DNA of 64,000 nt from an uncultured Armatimonadetes bacterium (GCA_963699135.1 OY969415.1:2551196-2615195), one strand, 5' to 3'. Shown: positions 1-10,957, counted from the stretch's first letter. Notes: generated from the letters alone by a model not told the origin. Translations and numbers: made by a program.

Positions 1-515
1 GCCCGATCCGGCCCGACGATGAGCGGCCCCTATTCGACCTCTGGCGTGACCCGGATGTCCAGCGGAACCTCAACTGCCGTGACGCCGAGCCGACCTTCGA
101 GGAGTGGCAGCGAGAGCGCGACGACCCCACAGGCCCCACCACTTGGTTCGAGTGCGTGATCGCCTCCCTCACCGACGGTGCCTTCGTCGGCTATGGCAGT
201 CTGGGCCGCGCGACGTCGCGGCCGGAGTTGATGGTGCTGCTGTGCGCGGACCGGCGGGGCCGAGGCTACGGAACAGAGGCGGCTGGGCTGCTGCTCGACT
301 ATGGCTTTGGCTGCCTTGGGCTGGACTGCATTGGTGGCGGGGCGATGGAGTTCAACCTAGCGAGCCAGACCATGCTCGGCAAGGCCGGGTTCGTACGTAC
401 TCCAGAGAGCGACGGGAAGTACAGGAACGCCTGGGGCGAGGGGTGCGTCGTGGAGTTCGACTACGTCCTTGACCGCACACGCTGGGAGAGCCTGCGTACG
501 GGACGATCATCATAG
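1..515 (+). CDS. GNAT family N-acetyltransferase (RimJ/RimL-like), 5' end outside window
   Basis: Frame +3 is open from nt 3 (PIRPDDERPLFDLWRDPDVQRNL...) and runs into track ORF 156..515. It has an acetyl-CoA loop-like RRGRGYG and a typical GNAT C-terminal half. Confidence 0.8.
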   Translation, partial: PIRPDDERPLFDLWRDPDVQRNLNCRDAEPTFEEWQRERDDPTGPTTWFECVIASLTDGAFVGYGSLGRATSRPELMVLLCADRRGRGYGTEAAGLLLDYGFGCLGLDCIGGGAMEFNLASQTMLGKAGFVRTPESDGKYRNAWGEGCVVEFDYVLDRTRWESLRTGRSS

Positions 516-526
516 ACAGGACCGCT

Positions 527-1614
527 ATGCATTGCGCTGACACCGACTGGGATTTCGCTCACCTGACCTACAAGCACACGCAGGCCTCGACCCACTTCTT
601 CCATCACTGGACGGCGAAGTTCATCCCGCAGATTCCCCGCCGCTTGATCGAGATGTATGCGCGGCCCGGCGACATCATCCTCGACCCATTCATGGGCTCC
701 GGCACCACCCTGGTCGAGGCGGCGCGGATGGGCTACGACTCCTGGGGAACGGACATCAACCCGCTGGCGGTGAAAATCGCCCGGGCCAAGACCGCGCGCA
801 TCGACGAGGCCGCGCTCGACGCGTTCATCGCCTGGCTCGATCAGGCGAAGGCCGATCCTGAGAGACACCGCGCGAAATCAGCGAAGCTGTTCGAGGGCAG
901 TGAGGTCTGGTTCCGGGATGATGTCGCCCGGGCCATCCGCGCCATCCTCAACCGCGCCAAACGGCTCGACGATGCTACCTGCAACTTCGCGGAGGTCGGC
1001 ACCTCCGACTTGCTGAAGGGTATGAGCAACGCCCGCATGGACCGGACGCTTCCCTCGCTCCCGAAGACGCCGCGCTACACGGATAAGAAGCACTACCACG
1101 TGCTGGTGGACAACGAGACCCGCGAGATCAAGCCGTTCCAGCGCCTGGCGTCACAACTGAAACGAATGCAGGCCGCCCTCGCCGATCTTCACGCCACCGG
1201 CACAGGCCACGCCGATCCGATCCCGCACGACGCCCGCGATCTCGCCTCCCTGGGCCGCCGCGCGCAGCTTGCCATCACCTCGCCGCCCTATTGGAGCGCG
1301 CAGAACTACCAGGGGATGCACAAGCTGTCGTTCGGCCTGCTCGGCCTCCCCGCCCCAGGACCCGCCGAGATCGGCCGTCGCGCCCAGGACTACCTGCCCG
1401 ACATGGACGCTGTCATCGCCCAACTCGTGCAGGTCCTCGACGGCCACTTCGCCATCGTCATCGGCGAATCGGCCGAGGGAATCCATGAAGCAGTGCGCGA
1501 TCAGTGCGTCGCGTGGGGATGCGGCTGGTGAAGACCTTCACCCGGAAGATCGTGAATCAGGCTTTCTTCGCGAAGGCGGTGAAGGGGGAGTTGATCTACG
1601 TTTTCGAGGCTTGA
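527..1614 (+). CDS. DNA methyltransferase (N6_N4_Mtase-like; motif I before motif IV SPPY), C-terminal tail displaced by one frameshift near 1495-1510
   Basis: Track ORF 527..1531 carries ILDPFMGSGTT (FxGxG) and ITSPPYW. After ...IHEAVRDQ a conserved-looking tail, VRRVGMRLVKTFTRKIVNQAFFAKAVKGELIYVFEA, continues in another frame and stops at 1612-1614. Confidence 0.8.
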
Positions 1615-1984
1615 CCTCGCCTCTCCCTCCAAGGGCGCGGCTGAGCGTGGTGACGACGAACTGGTTCAGACTCGCGCCTTCGGCTCGCGCCCGCTGGGCA
1701 AGGTCGCGGTGCAGACTCTTGGGTGTTCGCACCAGGAAGCGGCCGCTGTACTCCGTCTCGGCCGCGGGCTCGGGGATCGCGAGCCCTTCTGACAGAGCCA
1801 CTTCGATCCAGCCGGTCATCGCGTCTCTGATCATATCCAGGGCTTCATCCGCGCTGTCGGCTTCTGTTACGCACCCTGGCAGTTCCGCGACTTCCGCGAA
1901 GAACGTCCCGTCCCCGTACCGCCGCAACTGTATTGTGTAGGGACGACGCAGATAGTCGTCCACCGTCTTAGCTGCGGTCTTCAT
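1538..1984 (-). CDS. hicB: HicB-family antitoxin (HicB-like N-domain + ribbon-helix-helix C-domain); no hicA partner seen
   Basis: From an internal Met of track ORF 1538..2167: MKTAAKTVDDYLRRPYTIQLRRYGDGTFFAEVAELPGCVTEADSADEALDMIRDAMTGWIE, then SGRFLVRTPKSLHRDLAQRARAEGASLNQFVVTTL. The low-complexity tail overlaps the converging methyltransferase 3' end. Confidence 0.65.
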   Translation of the reverse strand: MKTAAKTVDDYLRRPYTIQLRRYGDGTFFAEVAELPGCVTEADSADEALDMIRDAMTGWIEVALSEGLAIPEPAAETEYSGRFLVRTPKSLHRDLAQRARAEGASLNQFVVTTLSRALGGRGEVKPRKRRSTPPSPPSRRKPDSRSSG

Positions 1985-2588
1985 CGGGTCGCGCCTCCTC
2001 GGGGCCTTCCGCCCCCACCCGGAACATCCCCCCATGCCCTGGCACGATGAAGTCAGCGATCCCCAACGCACTTTCCCGGCTGCGGGCGTGGAGGCGCGGG
2101 TTGAGGCTCCACTTCCGCCAGCGCACCGGGTCGGCGCGGTCGTCCTCGTTCTCGAACAGATCGCCAACTACTGCCACCAGCCCCTCCGCCGTCTTCACCA
2201 ACACGCTGACATCCTGGCCGGAATGGCCGGGGGTGGGGATCACCTGCACGTCATTATCTATCACATAGGGGGAGCGGGCGAAGTCGTGGATGGTGAACAG
2301 GTCGCCCCGGGAGATGTCCTGCCCGACAATGAACTGCGCCCGCGGGAAGCGCGCGTTGCCACCCGTGTGATCGGTGTGCCCGTGGGTGCAGACCACGACG
2401 CCGATATCGCTCGGCGACAGCCCCTCGGCCGCCAGCAGGCACACCAGTTCCTCACCGTCAGCGGGGTTACCGGTGTCGACGAGTACGTTCACGGTGCTCC
2501 GGACCAGCGTGATGGTGCAGTCGGCGTGGACGGCGTCGCCGGTTTCCGCAACGGCGTAGCCGGTCTTGAGGACGCGCACGGTGGCCAC
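1968..2588 (-). CDS. MBL-fold metallo-hydrolase
   Basis: 206 aa with the HxHxDH motif (THGHTDHTGG), further metal ligands (TPGHSG, VPGHG), and a typical beta-lactamase-fold length. Confidence 0.85.
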   Translation of the reverse strand: MATVRVLKTGYAVAETGDAVHADCTITLVRSTVNVLVDTGNPADGEELVCLLAAEGLSPSDIGVVVCTHGHTDHTGGNARFPRAQFIVGQDISRGDLFTIHDFARSPYVIDNDVQVIPTPGHSGQDVSVLVKTAEGLVAVVGDLFENEDDRADPVRWRKWSLNPRLHARSRESALGIADFIVPGHGGMFRVGAEGPEEARPDEDRS

Positions 2589-2591
2589 GGG

Positions 2592-3692
2592 CTAGCCCTG
2601 CGCCACTCGCAGCATCTCCGCCAGGCGCTTCTCAGCGATGTGGGGGTTGAGGCGTTCGCAGGCCTGGGTGAACCACGGGGTGGCGTTCTGCGGCTGACCC
2701 AGAGCGATCTCAACCAGGCCGCGGTAGTAGCTGGGGGCGAACTCCCGAGTGAAGTGGGTCGCTGCCAGCGTCAGAGGTTCACGGGCCTCGGCGTACCGGC
2801 CGGCCTCGAACAGCGCCTCCCCGATCAGCGCCGCCAGGCCGGGATCCTCCCACGCTTCCTTCGGGAGCTTCGCGAGCTGCTCCATCGCCGCCTGGGGCTT
2901 CTTCATCTGCATGTGAATGCCCGCGAGGGACATGGCGACCCACTCGGGGTCGGCGCCGGCCTTGCCGACCTCTGCCAGCGCGGCGGCCGCGCCCTCCAGG
3001 TCCATCACCGACATGGCTTCCTCGGCGAGGAGCGAGAAGCGGGCCTTCCGCCCGCGAATCGCCGCCAGCGGGAGCAGCATCACCTTCCGCAGCGCGGAGG
3101 CGAACCGCAGCCCGAACCCCGCGGGCCTGGTGTCACGCCCGCCCTCATCTAAGGTGAGCTGGTCCTCCAGCGGCCGCGCCTGGTCGCGGCGCTCCCACAG
3201 ACACTTCTCGGCGAGGGTGAGCAGCCGGCCCTCCATGCCCTCGTTGGCGTAAAGCAAGTGCGCCTTGAGCAGTTCCGCCCCTTCTTTGAGCTTGCCCATT
3301 GCCAGCAACGCCAGCCCCAGGTAGGCCTGCACCAGCTTGTTCTCGGGGTCGAGCTTGGCGGCCGCGGCGAAGGCCTTGCGAGCCTCCTCGTAGCGTCCCG
3401 CGTCGTACTGGACGCGCCCCAGCGCCAGCGGGGGCACGTGGCTCCTGGGCGAGAGGTCGGCCGCCTGCCGGGCCGCGCGCACCGCTTCCGAGGTGTTTCC
3501 GGCCGCGGCGAGCGCCAGCGCGCGCTGGGTGTGGGCGCGGGCGTGCTTGGGGAAGGCCTCAATCACGCGGTCGAAGGCCTTCGCCGCCTCTCCCGGCTTT
3601 GAGGAGCGCCAGAGGCGAAATGCCTCCCGGTACTCCCGGTCCGCTCGCCACCACCGCGCGATGCTCCAACTCATGTCTACCGTTTTCCACAT
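2592..3692 (-). CDS. tetratricopeptide (TPR) repeat protein
   Basis: 366 aa of repeated 34-residue A/L/Y/G patterns (e.g. AHTQRALALAAAGNTSEAVRAARQAADLSP, LGRVQYDAGRYEEARKAFAAAAKLDP). An alternative start is at 3674. Confidence 0.8.
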   Translation of the reverse strand: MWKTVDMSWSIARWWRADREYREAFRLWRSSKPGEAAKAFDRVIEAFPKHARAHTQRALALAAAGNTSEAVRAARQAADLSPRSHVPPLALGRVQYDAGRYEEARKAFAAAAKLDPENKLVQAYLGLALLAMGKLKEGAELLKAHLLYANEGMEGRLLTLAEKCLWERRDQARPLEDQLTLDEGGRDTRPAGFGLRFASALRKVMLLPLAAIRGRKARFSLLAEEAMSVMDLEGAAAALAEVGKAGADPEWVAMSLAGIHMQMKKPQAAMEQLAKLPKEAWEDPGLAALIGEALFEAGRYAEAREPLTLAATHFTREFAPSYYRGLVEIALGQPQNATPWFTQACERLNPHIAEKRLAEMLRVAQG

Positions 3693-3812
3693 ATGCCTAC
3701 TGCCATCCCCTTTTCCGGTGGGCCGGCGCCGCCGATGGCTCCAGGCGGTGTCTCACGATGCCGATTGGGTTTATGGGTCCTCTTATGGCATAAACAAGTG
3801 GGGAAGTCGCCA

Positions 3813-5173
3813 ATGCGCGGGATGGGACTAGTGCGCCGCAGCCAGGTCGCGGCGCTCATTGCACTAACGGCGATATGCGGCCGCCCGGTCCGGGCGGCCG
3901 GCTCTGCCCGCGTGGAGGTCCGGCGCGTCGGCGGCAAGCCGGCCATCGCCATCATTGCCTCAGACGCGGCGAAGCTCGATCTGCAATCCTTCACTCTCGA
4001 GAACCCCCCTCGCCTGATCTTCGATCTTGCCGGCGCCGCGCTGGCCGCGGACCATCCCGCGACTCTGCCGCTAGATGCCACCGGCGTTCGGCAGGCAGCG
4101 CGTCGGGCAGTACAGTCCCGACACCGCGCGGCTGGTGCTCGACCTCGATTCGGCACCGCCGAACTGGAAGCAGGTCGGGGGCGACAAGTCAGACGAGATG
4201 CTGATCGTCTTCGACACCGGGAGCGGTCCCATATCTCTTGGCGCCCCGGTCATCAAGCACACCGGCAAGGGCGCGGTGGTGGTGATCCCCGGCGCGGCCG
4301 CGCTCGGCGCGCCACGAGGCCAGCCTCAATGACCCACCGCGGGTTTACGCCGATCTCTCAGATGCTCAGTTCGCCGAGCCCTACTCTCGCCAAGAACTCG
4401 GTGAAGGGCCGATCCTACAGATACGCACCGCGCCCCAGGCCGACGCCGACGGCAAGCCAGTGTCGCGCGTCGTGGTCGAGCTGCGCGAATCGCTGCCGCA
4501 CAGCTTCTACTGCGACGGTGATGACCTGGTGCTGGTCATCGGCGCGCAGAACTGGGCGCTGCCCCCGCCAACCTATCATCCGGCCGGCCGGCTGAAGGGC
4601 AAGCGGATCGTGGTGGATCCCGGTCACGGCGGCAAGGATGTCGGCGCGCCGGCCAAGCCCGGCTCTCCGCCTGAGGCGCCGTATGAGAAGGATGTGGTGC
4701 TCGACATCGGGCTACGGCTGTCGCGGCTGCTCCGATCCGAGGGCGCGGCCGTCACCATGACCCGGAGCGACGACACTTTCATCACCCTCCAGGGCCGCGC
4801 CGCGGCCGCCAATGATCTGAAGGCCGACACCTTCGTGAGCGTACACTGCAACTCGTGCCCCACGCCCGACACGCTCAGCGGCACCAGCGTCTACTACGAC
4901 CACGACAACAGCATCGAGCTGGCGAAGCTGGTGCAGAAGGAGATGATCGCCTCCCTGGGCACCCAGGACAACGGCATCCGCAACGCCAACTTCGCCGTCA
5001 TCCGCCGCACCACCGGGCCGGGGATACTGGTCGAAACCGCCTTCATCAACCACGAGAGCGACCGGGAGAAGCTCACCAATCCGAACTTCCGGGAGCGCAC
5101 GGCGCGTGCTATACTCCAGGGCGTGATTCGTTTCTTGCAGCAGACTCCACCGCAGGCCGACGCCACCGAATGA
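3813..5173 (+). CDS. N-acetylmuramoyl-L-alanine amidase with two N-terminal AMIN domains (AmiC-like); 2 frameshifts (about 4090-4100 and 4310-4313)
   Basis: Signal peptide MRGMGLVRRSQVAALIALTAICG. AMIN-1 is split between frames (..LENPPRLIFDLAGA..ATGVRQ / RVGQYSPDTARLVLDLD). AMIN-2 is also split (..VVVIPGAAALGA / HEASLNDPPRVYADL..ILQIRTAPQ..SRVVVELRE). The Amidase_3 core is intact in track ORF 4460..5173 (VVDPGHGGKDVGA...SVHCNS...ETAFINH). Confidence 0.8.
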
Positions 5174-5782
5174 GCCGAAAGAAGAAAAGACGCCAATCCC
5201 GCGGTCCCGCCGTGGCCGTGGTGCTTCTCATCCTCCTCGTGGGCGTAGGGCTCTCCTTCACCCGCCTTTACCCCGGGTTCCGCAAGCTCCGGCCACGCGC
5301 CGGGTCGCCCGCGCGGTACGACCAACGCCACCACTCGCCCCCGCGCCGACGCGACGCCATCCGCGCGCACCCTCACCGCGCGCATCTACTTCGCCCGCAT
5401 CGTGGGTGGGAAAGAGCGGCTGGCGCCGGTGGACCGCGAGGTGTCGGCCGAGTCCCCCGCGCAGGGCGCGCTGGTCGAACTCATCCGTGGCGATCTCCCT
5501 GCGGGCTGCACCCATCCTCTGCCCGCGGGAACACAACTGCACCACATTCGGGTGGAAGACGGCATCGCCATCGCCGACTTCAGCGGGGAGCTGGTAAGCA
5601 ACTTCCAGGGCGGATCGGACAACGAAGGCGTCATCGTCTATGCCACCGTCAACACCCTCACCTCACTCCCCGGCGTCAAGCAGGCCCAGATTCTGGTCGA
5701 CGGCAAACCCCTCGACAGCATCGGCGGCCACCTCGATACCAGCGGGCCGCTGAGCGCGGATGGGGAGCTGGTGGTGAGGTAG
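5170..5782 (+). CDS. GerMN-domain protein with N-terminal membrane anchor; 1 frameshift (about 5250-5300)
   Basis: The ATG overlaps the amidase stop (ATGA). MSRKKKRRQSRGPAVAVVLLILLVGVGLSF lies in one frame. TLTARIYFARIVGGKERLAPVDREV...VYATVNTLTSLPGVKQAQILVDGKPLDSIGGH (GerMN) lies in the next frame (track ORF 5402..5782). Confidence 0.7.
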
Positions 5783-5793
5783 CAGAGGGAGAG

Positions 5794-6111
5794 ATGCTCC
5801 GAGTCCTCCTCACGGTAATCGGAGCGGCAGTGGCCGTCGGTTGGGCACTCCTCGAGCTGCTTTCGCTAGTCTGGGCAGCAGCCGAAGTACCTTCTGTGAT
5901 CAGGGACTCCCGGCGTCACTGGCCCGTCGCGCTGGCCTGGACCTACCTACCGATAGGCATGATTCTCGCGTGCGCGGTGTACTACAAAGGCGGGCCGTGG
6001 TGGCTGAAGGCGTTGCTGATCGCCACGCTCGCGATCGCTTTGCTAGTTGCGGTCTTCTACCCGGAGATCGGGGACGCTCGCCGCAGTAGGAAGAAGCCAG
6101 AGCCGGAGTAG
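5794..6111 (+). CDS. small integral membrane protein, unknown function
   Basis: The ATG at 5794 is preceded by GAGGGAGAG. 105 aa with three hydrophobic stretches and a basic C-tail. It forms the in-frame tail of composite track ORF 4855..6111. Confidence 0.55.
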   Translation: MLRVLLTVIGAAVAVGWALLELLSLVWAAAEVPSVIRDSRRHWPVALAWTYLPIGMILACAVYYKGGPWWLKALLIATLAIALLVAVFYPEIGDARRSRKKPEPE

Positions 6112-6161
6112 GCTGCGCTGTCCAGGCGGAACCCCATCAGTGGTCCGCTGCTGTACGCCCC

Positions 6162-7493
6162 CTACCCTCCTCCTGCGACCCTCACTCCCTGCACCCGCAC
6201 CGTCGGCAGCACCATCCCCGGCTCGGCGCGGTAGTCGGAGGAGATGGCGTCGATGTTCGCCAGCATCTCCAGCCCGTGGCCGGCGACCATGGTGTTCTTG
6301 AGCGGGTGGGCGAGCTTGCCCTTGCGGATGCGGAAGCCGGCGTCCACCAGCGCCGAGACCTGGCCGGAGGCGGTGTCGGGGGAGAGGCGGCCGAGGGTGA
6401 CGTAGATGCCGTCGTCCACCTCGGCGATGATCTCGGCCGCGGTCTTCGCCCCCAGGGTCGGGATGACATTGGTGGAGGAGATGCCGCCGCGGGTGGAGTG
6501 CCCCGTGTTCTCGGCATTCCCCTTGCGGGCGGTGTAGTGGTTGTGCAGGTAGGTCTTCAGCACCCCCCGCTCCACGAGGGTCAGTCGCCGATGCGGGAAG
6601 CCATCACCGTCACACGTCCCGGACCCGAGGCCGCTGGGGATCAGCGGGTCGTCCACGAGGGTCACGTGCTCGGAGGCGACCTGTTCGCCCAGCTTGCCGA
6701 CCAGGAAGGAGCGGTTGCGCTGCACTTCCTCCGCGCTCGCCGCGCCGCAGAGGCTGCCCAGGAGCGCCATGCCCGAGCGCGGGCCGAGCACGACGGGCAG
6801 AGTGGCGGTCTTGATCACGCGGCTCTTCAGGTAGTTGAGCGCCTCTTCCGCCGCGGTCGCCCCAAGATTCTCCGGGACCAGGTCGGCGAGCGATCGCGCG
6901 GAGTCCCAATCGTAGAACGAGCCGACGTCGTCGCCCCGCCGGATGACCACTTCGGCCGACACCGAGGCGCTGGTGCTGCGCTGGGAGACGTGCACCCCGA
7001 GGTTATTCACCAGCGCCCATTGGCTCCACCTCACACCCGCGCCGCCCTGCACGACGGCGTCCCCCGCGACCGCCAACGCGGAGTCGATGTTCCCTGTCAC
7101 CCAGGCCGCGATCTGGTCGCTGGTGACCTCGGCCAGCCGCGGGTCGTAGAGCCCGTCCACTACCGGCAGTCCTCGGGACTCACCAGGTCCACGAAATCCG
7201 GGTCAGGTTCTGCGGCGCGGGCCAGCTCGGCCGCCTGCGCGCCCGCGCTTCGCGCCGCTTCCTCGGAGAGGCCGGAGGCGCTCGACCAGCCGGTGGCGCC
7301 GGCGAAGAACGCGCGCACCGACACTGCGCCCCACTGCCGGGCGTCGCTGGACTTGATCGCGTTCTTCTCGACCGACACCGACGCGCGACTGCCCATGCTG
7401 GGCCGCGGCGTCGGCGTACTCGGCGCCGGCGCGGATCGCCGCTTCACAGGCGATCTCGGCGATCTTCAGCACGCGCTCCGTGTCGGCGCTCAC
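6162..7493 (-). CDS. pmbA: PmbA/TldE (TldD/PmbA family protein); 2 frameshifts (about 7392-7394 in a C/G run, and about 7163-7170)
   Basis: The GTG at 7493 overlaps the tldD stop (GTGA). The N-terminus VSADTERVLKIAEIACEAAIRAGAEYADAAAQHG continues in another frame as SRASVSVEKNAIKSSDARQWGAVSVRAFF...DPDFVDLVSPED, then runs into track ORF 6162..7160 (VVDGLYDP...GFPHRRLTLVERGVLKTYLHN...). Confidence 0.8.
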
Positions 7494-8904
7494 GCCTGAC
7501 CTCCCACCACTACATCCTTCACCTTGATATACGGCCCGCCGCCGTTCACCGGCATGCTCTGCCCGTTCTTCCCGCAGTTGCCCGGCATTTCCAGCTCGAA
7601 GTCCTTGCTCACCCCGAGCACGTTCGCCAGCGTATCGAGCGTCATCCCCGAGATGGAGACATCTCGCACCTGCTCCGCAGGCTGCCCATCGCGGATCATG
7701 ATCCCCTCGCCCGCGTGGCAGGTGTATTGCCCCTTCTCGCACTGCACGTAACCCCACTGCCCGCCCCGCAGGAGAATCCCGAGGTCGATATCGCGCATGA
7801 GAGTCTTCGAGCGAACTCTCGCCCGGAAGGATCATGGTGTTGCTCATGCGCACGATGGGCCGGTGCTGGAACCCGTCTGCCGCGCGCCGAGCCGCCCGGC
7901 GCGACTCCCATCTTCGCCGCCGTCTCCAGCGAGTGCAGGAAGCCCTTCAGCACGCCGTTCTCGACCAGCACGCGCCGCTGCCCGGGGACGCCCTCGGAAT
8001 CGTAGGCGTAGGAGCCCCAGGAGCGCGGGATGGTCGAATCGTCGACGATGGAGATACACTCGGCGGCGACCTGCGTGCCGAGCTTTCCGCCCAAGATAGA
8101 TTGCCCGGTGAGCACTAGGTCGGCCTCGGTGTTGTGCCCGATCGCCTCATGCACCAGCAGGCCGGCGATGGACGGATGGAAGATGGCGGGGAACCTGCCC
8201 GCGGGGGCCGGGGGCGCGGAAAGCAGTGACAGCGCCCGCTCGGCCGCCTTGGCGCTGAACTCCTCTCCCGAGGTCCCCTCCACCAGCTCGAATCCGCTCT
8301 GACGCGCCCGCCGTTCACTCGCCCGCTGGCGAACCGATCCGTTCTGCGCGGTGATGGAGTGCGAGATCATGGTGCGCGCGGTCTCGATGGAGACCAGCGT
8401 GCCGCGGGTGTTGCATACGATCTCGAGCTGCCGCGCGTCGCTATAGCCGGTGATCACGTTGGCCAGATGGTCGCAGGCATGGCAGGCGGATGCTTCCTCG
8501 TACCCCCGCACCGCGGCCAGCTTCCGCTCCAGCGGCACCGTGGTGGGATCAATCTCGAAAGAGGCGTGAATCTCGTCCACTACGGGGGGAGCTTCCGCCA
8601 GCACGACCGGCTCCAGCAGCCGCTGCGCCGATACCTTCGCCATGTCAATCGCCGAGTCGAGGCAGGACACCCAATCATCGAGGAGGGTGGACTCGGAGCT
8701 GGCGAACCCCCAGGCGCCCGCCAGGAGCACTCGCACGCCGATTCCGGCCCGTTCCCCCGCCCCCATCCGGTCGGCGCGCCCGTCCTGCAGCACCAGGCTG
8801 CTGCTGCGCGAGGTCGCGAACCGCATTTCCGCGAACTCCAGCTTGCGCCTCAACGCAACTGCCCGCAGCCGTTCGAGCTGCTGCCTCATCGCGCCTCCGT
8901 CCAT
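7490..8904 (-). CDS. tldD: TldD metalloprotease; 2 frameshifts (about 7879-7889 and 7799-7806)
   Basis: The ATG at 8904 is preceded by GGGAGGA. HExxxH motif in LVHEAIGHNTEAD. The C-terminus is spread over three frames: ...AAKMGVAPGGSAR / ADGFQHRPIVRMSNTMILPGESSLED / LMRDIDLGILLRGGQWGYVQ...YIKVKDVVVGGQA. Confidence 0.85.
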
Positions 8905-9046
8905 GCTGTCCTCCCTGGTCTCACAAGGTATTAGGCGCGTCGGGCGGTTTTCCCTACCATTCCGCTCTGCATTGCCACGCAGGGCTGTCCTCGCCCCACG
9001 CCTAACTCCTGCAGTTGTTGCACTAACAAGCAGTGAGGTTGCCGAG

Positions 9047-10846
9047 ATGCTTCGAAGACTCGTTGTCGCGCTCACAGTGATAGGGATGGCAGCGGTGTGG
9101 GGCGGAGGCCGCGCCTCGGCGGAGCCACGGTGGTATGTGAGCGCGCTGACCGGCAGCGACTCGGCCGATGGCAAGACGCCGCAGACCGCTTTCCGGACGT
9201 TACCGGAAGCGCTGAAGGCTCTGCGCGGCGGAGACACGCTGGTGGTCATGCCGGGCGAGTACTACCACGCGCCCCTGGTGATCGAGAACCTGCCCAGCAG
9301 TCTCGAGAAGCCGATCTGGATACTGGCCGAGCCGCGCGGGAAGGCGACCATCAGCGCTGCCTGGCCTGAGGCCGCGCGGGGCCGGGTGAAGTGGGAGGCC
9401 GCAGGTGACGGCATCTACCGCGCGCCGCACGGCCCGGTGTTGTTCGGAGGGTGGAAGGGCCACTTCCTCTATCGGTACATATCGCTGGCCGATCTGAAGG
9501 CGGCGCGGGTGAAGACGAACGGCTCCTACGGGGAGGTGAACGGTCCGAAGAGCGGGATCGTGTGCGCGGAGGGGCAAGTCTACGTCAAGCTGCCTGGGGA
9601 CGCCGATCCCAATGGCGAGAAGATCATCCTCTCGCCGCCCTTCTGGGGCGAACCGGGTCAGACGGCTGCCGTGCGGGTGCACAACTCCCCCGGCCTGATC
9701 ATCGATGGCCTTCGGGTCCAGGCATCCGGGACCTTTGGCATTCAGTTCGACCCGGCGAGCCCCCACGCAGTGGTGAGAAACTGCGTGTTCGAGTATACCA
9801 GGGCTGGGCTGGGGCTGCCGTCGGACAGCTTAGTGGAATGGTGCGAGCACACCTACCCCGGGTTCACTGAGTTCTCCGACGAAGTGCGACAGCGCAACGG
9901 CGGCCAGATCCTGACCTATCCGCTGGTCAAGGACTACCAGCCCTCGAACTGGTACGAGTTCGGGATTGCCGACTTCGCCTACGGGATGGAGCAGCCGCCG
10001 GCTAACTGCGAGTTCCGCTACAACTTCAGCCACGAGCTATTCGACGGCGAAAACCTCGGCTCGTTCGACGACAGCGAGAGCCACCACAACGTCTACCTCC
10101 ACTGCTATGACAACTGTGTGGAGATGGAGGGCTGGAAGGAAGGGTGGGCCTCGAGGAACCTCCGGTTCCACGATAATCTGCTGCTGAGCTGCCCCTCCGC
10201 GCCTATCTCGCACCAGCAGGCCGAGCTGGAGGGGCCGCAGTACGTCTACCGCAATGTCATCTACGGGTACGACGACACCGGGTGGAATCCATGGACTCTC
10301 ATCAAGTCCAAATGCTATGAGAAGGGGCATGGCTTCTACTACTACCACAACCTTTTCTGGGTGGAGTCGGCGGAGCCGTACTGGAACGAGAAAGAGTGGC
10401 CGCAGGAGTGGCTCAAGACGTTCGATCTCACCAACAACATCTTCGTGTTCAGCAAGCGCCTGAAGCGGCCGACCGGGCCGGTGGGGCCGGAGGAGTTCTT
10501 CCAGGCCGGCCACAACCTGGTGGCAACGCCCCAGGGAGACAAGCCGATCCTGGACGCACTGCTCCGGAACGGAGGGCTGCTCTTCCAGGACCCAAGCGCG
10601 GTAGGCATTCGGGACCCGCTCGGGCTGGACTTCACGCTGCGGCCCGGCAGCCCGGCGATTGACACCGGCGCGCGCATCCCAGGCTACAACGATGATGCCA
10701 TCGGAGCGCCGGACATCGGGCCGTTCGAGTTCGGTCGGGACTACGGTCCCGACTGGCCGCGCCCGCGGCGCACGGCCTTCAATGTCAACCCACCCGAGCG
10801 CATCAGCGGGAAGCAGGAGCCGCCGAAGGTGGTGCTGGCGGAGTGA
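9047..10846 (+). CDS. secreted right-handed parallel beta-helix (pectate-lyase-fold) protein
   Basis: Signal peptide MLRRLVVALTVIGMAAVWGGGRASA, then YVSALTGSDSADGKTPQTAFRTLPEALKALRGGDTLVVMPGEYY, a typical beta-helix N-terminus. 599 aa with repeated N/H-rich turns. Confidence 0.75.
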   Translation: MLRRLVVALTVIGMAAVWGGGRASAEPRWYVSALTGSDSADGKTPQTAFRTLPEALKALRGGDTLVVMPGEYYHAPLVIENLPSSLEKPIWILAEPRGKATISAAWPEAARGRVKWEAAGDGIYRAPHGPVLFGGWKGHFLYRYISLADLKAARVKTNGSYGEVNGPKSGIVCAEGQVYVKLPGDADPNGEKIILSPPFWGEPGQTAAVRVHNSPGLIIDGLRVQASGTFGIQFDPASPHAVVRNCVFEYTRAGLGLPSDSLVEWCEHTYPGFTEFSDEVRQRNGGQILTYPLVKDYQPSNWYEFGIADFAYGMEQPPANCEFRYNFSHELFDGENLGSFDDSESHHNVYLHCYDNCVEMEGWKEGWASRNLRFHDNLLLSCPSAPISHQQAELEGPQYVYRNVIYGYDDTGWNPWTLIKSKCYEKGHGFYYYHNLFWVESAEPYWNEKEWPQEWLKTFDLTNNIFVFSKRLKRPTGPVGPEEFFQAGHNLVATPQGDKPILDALLRNGGLLFQDPSAVGIRDPLGLDFTLRPGSPAIDTGARIPGYNDDAIGAPDIGPFEFGRDYGPDWPRPRRTAFNVNPPERISGKQEPPKVVLAE

Positions 10847-10957
10847 TCTGGGGCGCACGGCGCCGTTTGTGTGGCTTGGAGACAGGACCTGAATGGCAAG
10901 AATGGCAACTGAGCTAGAGTTCGCCAATCTCAAAGGAACACGACCGGAGGTCCGTCG

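Noticed and set aside
2034-3152. 372-aa plus-strand ORF
   Set aside because: It is antisense to the MBL hydrolase and the TPR protein. The same reasoning applies to 21337..22395(-), 33282..34418(-), 10037..10933(-), 16906..17958(+), 42943..43914(+), 60263..61339(-), 31254..32069(-) and 28032..28331(-).
4855-6111. 418-aa plus ORF spanning the amidase 3' end to 6111
   Set aside because: It is a composite. Its first part is out of frame within the amidase. Only two segments are real: the N-terminus of the GerMN protein from 5170, and the small membrane protein from 5794.
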